Source: Eledone cirrhosa (lineage: Eukaryota). Taken from it: a stretch of DNA of 64,000 bases. Both the position numbers and the translations under genes were made by a program. The notes under the pieces were generated by a model, which saw only the letters and a program-made list of their open reading frames with translations, did not search any database and was not told the origin of the DNA. The first letter of the stretch is position 1; the number at the start of each line of letters is the position of its first letter. Positions 53,080 through 64,000 of the stretch are shown piece by piece. Location: assembly GCA_964016885.1 (NCBI GenBank), contig OZ024742.1, positions 70,060,001 through 70,124,000 of the forward strand, read 5' to 3'.

Positions 53080-53590
53080 CTACACCAGATTAAGAAATGT
53101 GTTTGCTGTGCCTGTCCAACGTTTGGAATACTCAATTGGACGATAGTCGAAATCCGAGCAATTGATGTTAGAACTCATAAAATAATAAACAACACCGGAA
53201 ACTTCCACATCAACAGTGACATAGACCGCTTTTACTTGAAAGGTAAGCAGGGAGGCAGAGGCCTAACATCAGCCCAGACAGCATTTGAATGTCACATCAT
53301 ATCCCTCCAACATCATCTACGAACCTCGAAGCGTAGGAGTCCGTCTCTCGAGCAAGTCTATCTGCATGAAACAGATAAGATCATGAGAGTTGGGAAGGAA
53401 CTCCTCGAAAGATATTCCCTGTGTAATAATTAAAAATTCCCACCCAGGAAAGTCGCTCAGCAGTATCGCAGTGAATCCATGGATGAAGAACTACATGCTT
53501 ATGAGCAAAAAATCATGCATGGATATGTTGCCAGGAAGCTCCTGAGTGAGAGTAATATAGATAAAGAAAGTAGTCTATCCTGGACCAACA
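53080..53590 (+). mobile_element. R4/Dong-clade LINE internal fragment starting at (TACA)n
   Basis: [46 protein letters not shown]; homologous to but diverged from 1160-2195. Confidence 0.8.
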
Positions 53591-55160
53591 TTCTTAGTTC
53601 TAACGACGCCGGAGTCAACTTCGTCTTTCATCCTTCCGCGATCAATAAAATAAAGTAACACTCAAATACTGGGGTCGATTTAATCGATTCACCCAGCACT
53701 CCGACTTTCTGACCCTGTGCTTATATTAGAAACAATTTTTATTACTTGATAGAATGTGTGAGTTCTAATCCCGCCGAGGTTAGCTTTGCCTTCCATCCTT
53801 ACGGGCTCGATAAATAAAGTACCAGTGGCGCACTGGGGTCGATTTTATCGACTTCCCGTCTCCCAAATTGCTGGCCTTGTGCTTAAATCAGAAACCGTTA
53901 TTTGATAGAATGTATGAGTTCTAATCCCGCCGAGGTTAGCTTTGCCTTTCATCCTTACAGGGTCGGTAAAATATAGTACCAGTAATGTACTGGTTCAATT
54001 TTATCGACTTACCCTTCCTCAAAATTGTTAGCTTTGTGCCAAAATCAAAAACCATTGTTTGATATGGTGTAGGGTGGTGGATTGGCAGTATCCGTAGACG
54101 TGAAACATGCTTTGAGGCATATAGTTACGTCCCTTTACGTTCTGACTTCAAATCTCGCCGAGGTTAGCTTGGTTTTTCATCCTTACGGGGTCAATAATGT
54201 AAAACACCAGTAACGTGCTTGGATCGATTTAATCGATTTTTCCTTCCCCAAAGCTTGTTGGCCTTATGTCTAAATCAGAAACCATTAATTGATATGATGT
54301 TGGGTGGTGGATTGGTAGAATCGATAGAGCGTCGAACAAATGTTTCCCGGTATCTGTTCTCACTCTTTATATTCTGAGTTCAGTTCTCGTCAAATTCAAC
54401 TTTTCTTTTAATTCTTCCGGGATCGATGAAATAAGATTCCAGTTATGCATTGGTGTCGGTGTAATCGATTTTTTTCACCCAGAATTGTTGGCTTTGTGTC
54501 AGATTTAGAAATCATTATTTGACAGGATTAGTAGAGCATCGGGCACAACATCGAGTGGTGTTTATTTCAGCCCCGAACGTTCTGTGTGACAGATGTATTA
54601 TTTCGATGTATTGTTTTAACTTTCCGGGTTGATAACTTAAGTGCCGGTTAAATATTTGAATTGTTCTAATCGACTATATGCTCCTAACAAATTTCTGCGA
54701 GTGGTCCAGTTGATTCGCTCAACGGAACAACCTGCTCGTGAATTTAACGTGCTAGTGACTGTGATTCCACAGATACATGTGCCCTGAACATAGTTCTCAT
54801 AGAGATTCGGCTTGGCAGATGGTCCATTGAATTACAGGTACAACTTATTTTTGCCAGTTGAGTGGACTGGATCATCCTTAAATAAAGCGTTTTGTTCAAG
54901 GACACAAAGGGTTGACGGAAATCAAACTGACGATCTTACAAACGTGAACCAAACTCCACTAAGTCGTTAGGGTATCGGACAAATGCTTTGTAGTATTTGT
55001 TCCGGTTCTTTATGTTCTGAGTTCAAATCCCGCCGAAGTCAACTTTGCCTTTCACGTGGAATCGATAAAATTAATACCAGTAAAATAATGGGGTTGATAT
55101 GATCGGCCTCTCCCTACTCATGAATTGCTGAAAATTGTGTCTAAATTAGAAATGGTTATT
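53590..55160 (+). mobile_element. Head-to-tail array of about 7 Nin/Deu-type SINE copies, with another SINE family (-) at 54705-54960
   Basis: Repeated core; units share ttgata linkers. Confidence 0.75.
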
Positions 55161-55484
55161 AAGTGAGGGTAGACATGGAGGTGTTACTCTCCAGTAAAGA
55201 AATTGGTTTGGCCAAATAAGCCTACTCTATATAGCTGTAGGTTGGCAACATGAACTTGGAGGAAGCATTCTCCCTCATTTTCTGTGTCAGTGTAATCCGG
55301 GCTTGTGCTTGGGTCGCCTCCAATTTGGTAGCCCCCTCCATTTTGGAATTGGTGTAAATCGCCACTGTCTTTTGTTTGTTGTTTTCTTTTGTATTTCGCC
55401 TTTTCTATGTCTAAGTAGTTCAATAACAGATATTGCCTATTAAACATATTCTTCATTGACCATACTTAAATATGGAATGATAAG

Positions 55485-55865
55485 CGATGCCCCACAACTC
55501 CGGCGGACAGGATGGAGAAAGCGTTTCCACAGAGGACGGCAAGGGAGACGCGCTGGATAAGCCACTCCAACTCGCGGGGTTCACACCTTCGGCTGGCCAG
55601 CTCAGCGCCTATGGTGGTGAGTAGGGAGGTAGCCCTAGGGCCGAGGACACCAGAAGTCTCACTGCCAGGGGTAGAACCGCAAACCTGTCGGAGAGCGACC
55701 GGTATTTGAGGAGTTTGGCCTCCTCAGCCCGACGTACACCAGAACCTGGGTTAGTCACAGACTGCACCAGGTTGCGGCTGCAGAAAGTGTCGGGGCAAGT
55801 GGCATCCCAGACGAGGGGTTTGCCACCGCGGAACGGGAAGATGGTCATGCCATCTCGCCTTTCTT
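55485..55865 (-). mobile_element. Second CRE-clade RLE fragment
   Basis: MTIFPFRGGKPLVWDATCPDTF, a paralogue of 28490-28830. Confidence 0.8.
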
Positions 55866-55917
55866 AGGTACTTGTGACTAGTAAAAAAAGACCACCACCA
55901 CTATATATATATATATG

Positions 55918-56065
55918 CAGACATCCGACAGGGAGATTTGCAATAGCTTTTGAGGTGAGTGAGGGATGTCTTCTCTTGTTAAAATGTGTATAGCTTTCAT
56001 CATGTAAAATCCCCCCATTTTGCCTCATTTCTCCCCGTTTGGTCTTTTAGAGGTTGGCAGGACTG
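55918..56065 (-). mobile_element. MITE related to 14197-14391
   Basis: cagtcctgccaacctctaaa..aaacggggagaaatgag shared. Confidence 0.65.
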
Positions 56066-56141
56066 ATATTTGTGTGTATGTGTGTCCGTGTGCGTGCGTC
56101 TGTGTGTGTGCGTGTGTGCGTGCGTGCGTGTGTGTGTATGT

Positions 56142-56259
<118 letters not shown>

Positions 56260-56427
56260 GTGTGTGTGTGTGGCGAGAGAGAGAACAGAAAGCAACAAGC
56301 CTGGACATGGTACAAAGATATTAGGCTGACTCTCAGAAGTAAAAAAGTGTTAATGACGACGTTCTGGAGATACAAAAACAATTAGTGCTATTTAGTTCAC
56401 GCTTTGGATGAAAGAATATATATTGAT

Positions 56428-56592
56428 CAGGGCCGTCTTAACGCATGGGCACGCTGGGCAGTTACCCGGGGGGGGGGGGCCCACGAGGATAGGGGGCCCA
56501 TTTGTATTTTTATTCCTGTGAGTGGTTGTGTAGGTAGGGGCCCCAGTGCTCTGCTTTGCCCGGGGGCTTGTAATGCTGTTAAGACGGCCCTG
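56428..56592. mobile_element. 165-bp hAT-like MITE
   Basis: Perfect 15-bp TIR CAGGGCCGTCTTAAC; degenerate 8-bp TSD atattgat/gtattaat. Confidence 0.8.
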
Positions 56593-57165
56593 GTATTAAT
56601 TCTCCTGTCCAGATCGCCATATGAACATCCAGTTGTCTGACAGAGTGGACGCAATACTCACTGAATTAGTGTGCTGTGTGGTTGAGTACTCCACAGACAA
56701 ATGTACTCTTAACATAACCCTTAAGAGGAATGAGTGTGACATAATGTAACATGGCTACAGGTACAGTTCAGCTGACAAGCTTCGATACAGTTTCTGTCAA
56801 TCAAAATGTATTCATAGGGTTACAGTAAGATATTTGATGAAGATGCCACGTAGTGGAACCGAACTTGAAATCTTATGATTGCAAAGATAACAACTTATCT
56901 ATTCGGCCATTGTTGCGTATATATATGTGTGTGTGTGTGTGTGTGCATGTGTGTGTGTGTGTGTGTATGAAAAGTAAACAGGAAAAAATACAATAGACAA
57001 TGAAGTACAATGAAGATATATATTCGTTTCATGCTTAATATAGTAGGAAACGTCTTAACGTTTCGGACACACATATAAACGTACATATATACACATTCAC
57101 ATACATATATGACACATATGCATATATATATGTGTGTGTGTATAGATGTGTATGTGAGTGAATAT

Positions 57166-57232
<67 letters not shown>

Positions 57233-57540
57233 CGTCATAAACCATGTATTTCTGACATATGTTTCAAGCTTATCTCAGAATAAGGGTTCAAAACCCTAAA
57301 TGATTCTTTCGCTACTTCATCTACAATAACAGGATGCAGGCATTAACCACACAGAATTACTGGTTCCCAGGCAGTAAAGGTCCTTCAAGAATCCCTGAAG
57401 AATGCTGAAATGATTGCAATACACTCCACAACACTTTCTCTTCATACACTGGTGAAATTTTTGAAGTTACACTTGGTTTTCAATTAATTATCTTCTCTAT
57501 CTATTTATTTGAATGTTGTATCTCACTGTATACCGACCCC

Positions 57541-57571
<31 letters not shown>

Positions 57572-57684
57572 ACGTATCGTAATAACGATAATTTTTACGA
57601 ACGCTTTTCCATACTCGAATGGGTTTTATATGTGTGTCTATACACGTACATATATGTATTATATGTGTGTGTATATACGTGGAA

Positions 57685-57749
<65 letters not shown>

Positions 57750-58133
57750 CATATATATATATATATACACACACATGCATATATGTGTACGTGTCTAAGT
57801 GGATATGTATACGTATGTATATAAGTGTTTATGTATTTGTATCAATTAAGCGTTAGCGCCCTCTAGGTCAATGAATGTGAGGCTCACGTGACTGAAGTAG
57901 ACAAAACAGTGGTCCAGCATTAAAGTTAGATAGGGGCCGCCTTGTCTTGAGTGTGTGGCCCTGAATGCCTGTTATGATGACGTATTCATTGCCCAGATAC
58001 ACAGAGCACAGTCTTAGTAGCTCAAGGCGTTTGTGTGCCATGTGCCGCTGTCCTTATTGCACCACAATCACTGTTTATTACTTTTTTAAAAGACATGAGA
58101 GATGTGAGGGAAAGAGAGTGAGAAAGATAGGCA

Positions 58134-58174
<41 letters not shown>

Positions 58175-58232
58175 GTAACGGAAAATATGTTTATATGTGA
58201 ATGGTAAATGAAAAATATTCTTTTCTTCGCAT

Positions 58233-58269
<37 letters not shown>

Positions 58270-58270
58270 C

Positions 58271-58336
<66 letters not shown>

Positions 58337-58697
58337 AGGGTTGACGGACCCAGCATATTTATCAATGCCAGTACCGGTTGTATCTCAGCGCACTCCATGG
58401 GCAATGTAAGATACATTACTAGAGTATGCACAAAGTTATTTGCTTCAACACAACACACGTAAAACGGGTGCCTATAAGGTTCCCGAACTCGAGTTTCTGC
58501 CGCATTAATGCAGCAGTAAGGTGCATTGCACCATCTGTCTGCATATATTATGCAAGAAGACTCATATATCTAGAATTGTATGTTTGCACATAAGATATAT
58601 ACAATTATACATCACTCACTAAATGCTATACGATGATTACTTTGATATCAATAGTATTAAGGTTAAATATGGAATTATAGGTCCCCAGATAAATTCC

Positions 58698-58728
<31 letters not shown>

Positions 58729-58729
58729 G

Positions 58730-59020
58730 ACTCTTTTCAGTCACAAATTACCATAGGTTTTTCACCTAGAAAGGTCTCCTCTGAGGCACAGGCCCGGACA
58801 AGCAATCACCCATATATACCAATCTCATTTCTCCATGCCACTGATGTTGTCCAAGGAAAAAGCCGATACAACTTAGCAACAGCGACGTCGCAACGCATTT
58901 CTTCAGCTGAGTGAAATAAAGTGTCTTGCTCAAAGACGCAACGCACCGCTCGGTCCATGAATCGAACTCACAACCTCAGAATTCCGAATTCAATGGTCTA
59001 ACCACTAAGCTACACGCTTT
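58730..59020 (-). mobile_element. tRNA-derived SINE of another family
   Basis: Minus strand gtagcttagtggttaga (A-box), gagttcgattc (B-box), ttgagcaagacactttatttcac core. Confidence 0.6.
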
Positions 59021-59310
59021 CACTTATATATATGAAGAGTGGTGTGATCATACGCGGTGATGCTCTGAAATAGCTTTAAAAAAAGGGTGAAGACCCTTAA
59101 AGACTAAGAAAGAAGTTGCATTCGGTACTGCGAGTAATCGAACCCCCGTATTTCCATATTTTCTTTTTCTCCCTCCTTCTCTTTCCATGTTATTAGCCAA
59201 AAGAAATTATTTCTATAACATTTTAATCTTCTCCCCTGAATTCACAAATTTATATAAATTCATAAGAAAGAACAAAAGACGAGATGATGCAAAAGTAAAT
59301 TGTTTTCCCC

Positions 59311-59377
<67 letters not shown>

Positions 59378-59408
59378 CATATATATGTATATATATATAT
59401 ATATATAC

Positions 59409-59440
<32 letters not shown>

Positions 59441-59502
59441 TTATGTATATATATATATATATATATCCTCTCTCTGTCTCTCTCTCTATATATATATATA
59501 TC

Positions 59503-59536
<34 letters not shown>

Positions 59537-60059
59537 TGTTGAGTTGCACTATACACACACACACATATATATATATAAGATGTCTTTGAAAGAGGAAGTA
59601 AGATGCGGGTCAACTGACTGTCGTCTGCCTCTCGTGTATGTCGTCTGCCTCTTGTTTCACTTCGATGTCAGCTGGATTAGCACACACACATACACACACA
59701 CACATCCTCATCATCATCATCATCGTCAACTTCACTATCATCATATTCCTATTTTCCTTCTTTGTCATCGTCATCACCATCACAATCATTGTCGCCAACA
59801 TCCTCGCCAGTAGTCCCCCGGCTATGACCAGCTGAGCTTCCTAATTCTATAAAATGATATAACGGTGCTACTTGATGATGTGGTTGGTAAAGAGTCGGAC
59901 TGCATGTTTTATGGTTTGTTTGCTTATTCGCTGTTCCGGTTTCAGTTCCTGTAGAGACAAATCCTAAATTTCATTCTTCCAAGTATAGCTGAAATAATGT
60001 CTAGTAACATACGAAGAGGAATTATATTAAATACTTAACTTATTTTTATAATAATGGTA

Positions 60060-60272
60060 ATAGTTTTTGATTTAGCCACAAGGCCAACAATTTTGGGGAA
60101 GGGGAAAGTCGATTAAATTGACCCCAGTGCATTACTGGTGCTTTATTTTATCGACCCCCTAAGGATGAAAGGTAAAGCAAACCACGGCTGGATTTGAACT
60201 CAGAACGTAAATGGACGTGACTATATGTTGTAAAGCATGTTGTTCGAAGTCTACCGATAACACCAATCCACT
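60060..60272 (-). mobile_element. Nin/Deu-type SINE
   Basis: Full family match. Confidence 0.8.
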
Positions 60273-60304
60273 TCAGATCAATAATAATAATAGTAATAAT
60301 AATA

Positions 60305-61700
60305 TGTTTTATTGGTCATTCGGGACGAAGTCACCGAGGACAATTCAATGAGGATTTATGTATTGGCATGTAAACAAAAGAAAAATGCAGGTGACAAATA
60401 ACAATTATTTTATATATAAAAACAACAGAATTCTTCAATAGGGGAAGTACCACCCATGAGTAATTAAGAAATTCATCCCGATCACTAAGACCATCATAGA
60501 GAAGCGCCCTTCTCCTCTCTGTGCTATCCAGTCTACAGGTGCAAACTCAAAGCAGGCCCAACATCTCGAGTCATTCTCGCTACAAACACCCAACTTTTAA
60601 TAAATGATCTGAGGGACAGCATTTCCCTCCCCACCGACACCTTTCTTTCCAAGTGGAACTTGGCTGGAGGAATGATTCTGTCTCCAGTCCTTTCAGTTGC
60701 GTCCACCACACAACATTTTTGCCATATCCACTAGACAGTAAATCTACTTGCTCTTCCTTAAGAAAACAGCGGGGCGTTCTTCACAATTGGGTCTGCTTAT
60801 GGTTGAATCTGTCGTATACATGACAACTTTTCCTCAAAACTCCACAAGTCTGCAGTGCACGGACACAGGACGTGTGCCTGCAGAACGGTTTCATTGCTCT
60901 GCGCGCATCTCAGACAAGCTCATCTGGCAGCACATCTATCTCCATAGAGTTTGTCTCGAACCGGCAATGCTCCTCGGTATTACTGCAAGGCTAGGGATTT
61001 CTGGAAATTATCCATATTCCTCGGTCTGAAACTCCTTTGGAACTGACTAGTCAATTCATTTCGATCGAGTTTCTTCAAGAACGTCGTCGCTCTTGCTACC
61101 ACTAATAGAACGCTAACGTGTAGTTTCCACCGGCCACATTTCCCAATTTGTAGAGAACTGTGAACGCTTGACAACATTCCAGATGTCGGGCGCTCAGTCT
61201 TGATCTTCGCTTAACCCAAGGCTCAATCAAAAAATGAGTTACGAAAAGATGCACCTAATAAGGAGTTACCACACCAGTTCACCATCTAGGAACGATTGTA
61301 AATGCTGTAGCTCTAGCCTGTCTACGCATCACCAGCCACGACATGCCGAGCCCTCCACGCAAAAGGAGCTGCAACAGATGGATCGCCAAACCAGTTAAAT
61401 ACGTCATTTCCACAAGAAGTGAAAGAAAAGACACTCCAATCTAGTGGGACAAGAACTGGGGCAACGGACAACGGCCAGGCAGTTATTTATGACGGGGGTA
61501 ATAAATGCGTTCGCCACCTCTGCACGACCATTCATGGATAGCTTTCCACTTTGCCCATTTCTGGGATAGAGTGACCATCCTGCTAGTTATCTCGACCCAT
61601 TTTTATTTTCAATCCAGACCCCTTGCAACTTCACTGGTCCATCTGTTAAGCGTTCCACGATGCTATCGGACCGCATGGACTCACCATATAGGGAACAGAA
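60305..61700 (-). mobile_element. Degenerate Tx1/L1-clade LINE 3' portion
   Basis: EVANAFITPVI, GGLGMSWLVMRR and a zf-RVT-like C..C..H...C region; 3'UTR ends with aataaa. Confidence 0.65.
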
Positions 61701-61887
61701 ATTCTTTTTATCCTTTGGGAGAAATACTTCTACAGTAATCTATTTTGTGGGATCACGTAAAACTGTGGGATCACGTAAAACTGTACCCAGAGTGTACACT
61801 ATACCTTATTTGTAAAGGGGAAGATTGCACATGAAATATGGTAAATTTAAACCATTTATATATACATATGTGTATACATATATATAT

Positions 61888-61999
<112 letters not shown>

Positions 62000-62039
62000 T
62001 GTGTGCGCGTCTGTGTGCGTGTGTGTGCGTGTGTATGTG

Positions 62040-62640
62040 CGTGTGGTCTATAAGATCACATGTAAAAATATAGCTCCTCGTACATCTGAAGTATCGTCTG
62101 GATGCTGCACATACGGATCAAGAAGCACATGATGACGAGAACGTCTGTTAAAAGACATCTTGACATATGCCAAGACATTGGGGTCATCATAGAAGCGACA
62201 AAAGGTAATATAAGCAACTTAAGAATCAAAGAGACCATTATCATCAACCGGAAAAAACACATAAATAATAGATCGGAAATGCACAAGACAGAATGGTTAC
62301 TATAACGATTTCGCGCATGCGTATTATAAACACGTACGCCAGTTAAAGAAGAACACATCGATCTTTCATGTTTGTTTCGAACTATTTCCGTTTCACATTT
62401 GAAAAGATCGTATAGCCCTGAAATATCATGTTCAAATATATTGGGTGAAACAGTAATTTGTTTTGTTTTATTTGTCATCATTTGCTCTTCGTATTTTGCT
62501 ACCGCATTGTACCGGCTTTTTTAATATTATCGCTTTTATTACACACATATATGCATTATAACCTTGGGCTAATCACAGAAGAAGGGCAGAAACCAAGACA
62601 TTTTCTGGTCTTCCTCAGACTGGTAAGATGTTGGCCATTT
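62040..62640 (+). mobile_element. Penelope-like GIY-YIG 3' fragment with pLTR remnant
   Basis: VVYKITCKN..SSYI*S...LHIRIKKH..LRIKETIII..IN. Confidence 0.65.
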
Positions 62641-64000
62641 TGAAAATTTGTAGGTCAGCGTCAATAAAAAAGATATGAATGAGGAAGAAATTCCTTCTAA
62701 TTGCAGTTCTGGCAAGGTGTTTAACGTATGGTTTGCAAATTGCGACACAGTACTGCTGACAGGTAAAGAAACGGGTTAGTTAGTGGTCTTTTGTGGAAAT
62801 ATTATGTAGCTAGGTATTTCAGAAGAGGCAATAACGCGGAGTATAGTGACAATATAAGAACGTGTCTTGAGCTAATGGATATTAGTGAATAATTCTTTGA
62901 CAATCAGCTGAATGACATTTCTTTTGGTGATATCTCGTATATTTCTCTGTGAGTAGCAACAACATTGTCTCTTGGGTGTGAGCAGTACCCAGTTTGGGTC
63001 TTAATTGAGAAAGGGTCAAGTAATAAACTGTAGAAATATTTCTTGAGCCAGAAAAAGAAACTTAGAATTTAAGAAGCAGTTTAGACAATATAAATCATGA
63101 GTAGTTGCAATGATTGGCTGTCAGAGATTGTGAGACCTAGCATTCCTAGCAACGCTTATAATTTTACTTGTATGTTGTTCTATACCGCTGCGTGATTTGA
63201 ACTCAGAACGTAACGATACATTTCTTTACATTTTGTGTTCAAAACCCGTTGATGTCACATTTGCCTTCCATCCTTCCGGAGTCGATAAAATAAAAAAACA
63301 TTGAAGTACTGGGATCGATGCAATTGACTTTTCCTCTCCACACAAATTGTGAATTGGAGCAGTTGAAGGAATTTAAGTTGCCATATTCTTTTGAAAAATA
63401 CTTTTAAAGTTGTTGTTCATGTAAGGTTTTGCAGATCTAGCATGAAGTATCTAGACTGTATATGAATGATGTTGTGTACGGAAAATTAAAGAAGAGTAAA
63501 CACACAAAAGTGTATTAAAAATATGCTGATAATGTACAAAAAGAAGCATGTGAGGGATAAATAGTTACTTTAGATACTCTACAGTTGATAGGTAGTTCTA
63601 ACAGTCGGGCCCGTCAATCATCTTGAGAACTGGTAGGGATTTCGGATCATTCTGGGAGGGCACTCTTTTGCAAGGAAAGCATTTCACGACGTTACTTTAT
63701 AAAATATTTTCTAAATTTGGAAGTGCACAATTGAAAAGTAGGGTGACAGTGCCACCCAGTGTCATCCAATGCTATCCATTGCCATTCAGTTCCATCTAGT
63801 GCCTCCCCACACACGCACGCAGACGGCGACGAACCCGCTGTCTGTACACACTGCAATGGAGCGATCTGACTGAAACGTTTCAATCCTAGATATGGGAGAA
63901 CATAGCGATGGTATTTAACTATGAGGTTCTCATGGCTGACACAATTGAAGTATATATTAATAGTAAGGACGTTTTATTCAGTGAAGTTCACAAAAGTGAG

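Noticed and set aside
55184-55456. 90-aa non-repetitive ORF
   Set aside because: No recognisable domain and no strong donor site
62570-62625. Hammerhead-like cagaagaaggg..accaagac after the Penelope GIY-YIG fragment
   Set aside because: Both core boxes are mutated, so it cannot be called

Overview
AT-rich, microsatellite-dense metazoan DNA. The SINE and repeat make-up suggests a coleoid cephalopod (Octopus-like); this is inference. I cannot confidently identify any host protein-coding gene, and almost all ORF-track entries are microsatellite artefacts. The window is mostly retroelements: one near-intact RTE LINE (APE + RT + three C-terminal C2H2 fingers, two frameshifts); four ~610-bp non-autonomous bipartite RTE derivatives with (ATGT)n tails; R4/Dong-type RLE LINE fragments, one group always in (TACA)n; CRE, Tx1/L1 and Penelope fragments; roughly 30 copies of a tRNA-derived Nin/Deu-type SINE; and several MITEs. 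Two signals stand out. (1) A cluster at 32.6-35.8 kb (plus 41.8 kb) of (TA)n-embedded fold-back palindromes, each built on a hammerhead ribozyme motif. They come from four unrelated sequence families, two of which share an atypical U-U at the base of stem II. (2) An apparent relationship in which RTE-type elements with (ATGT)n tails and an RLE retrotransposon occupy the same (TACA)n tracts in opposite orientations.
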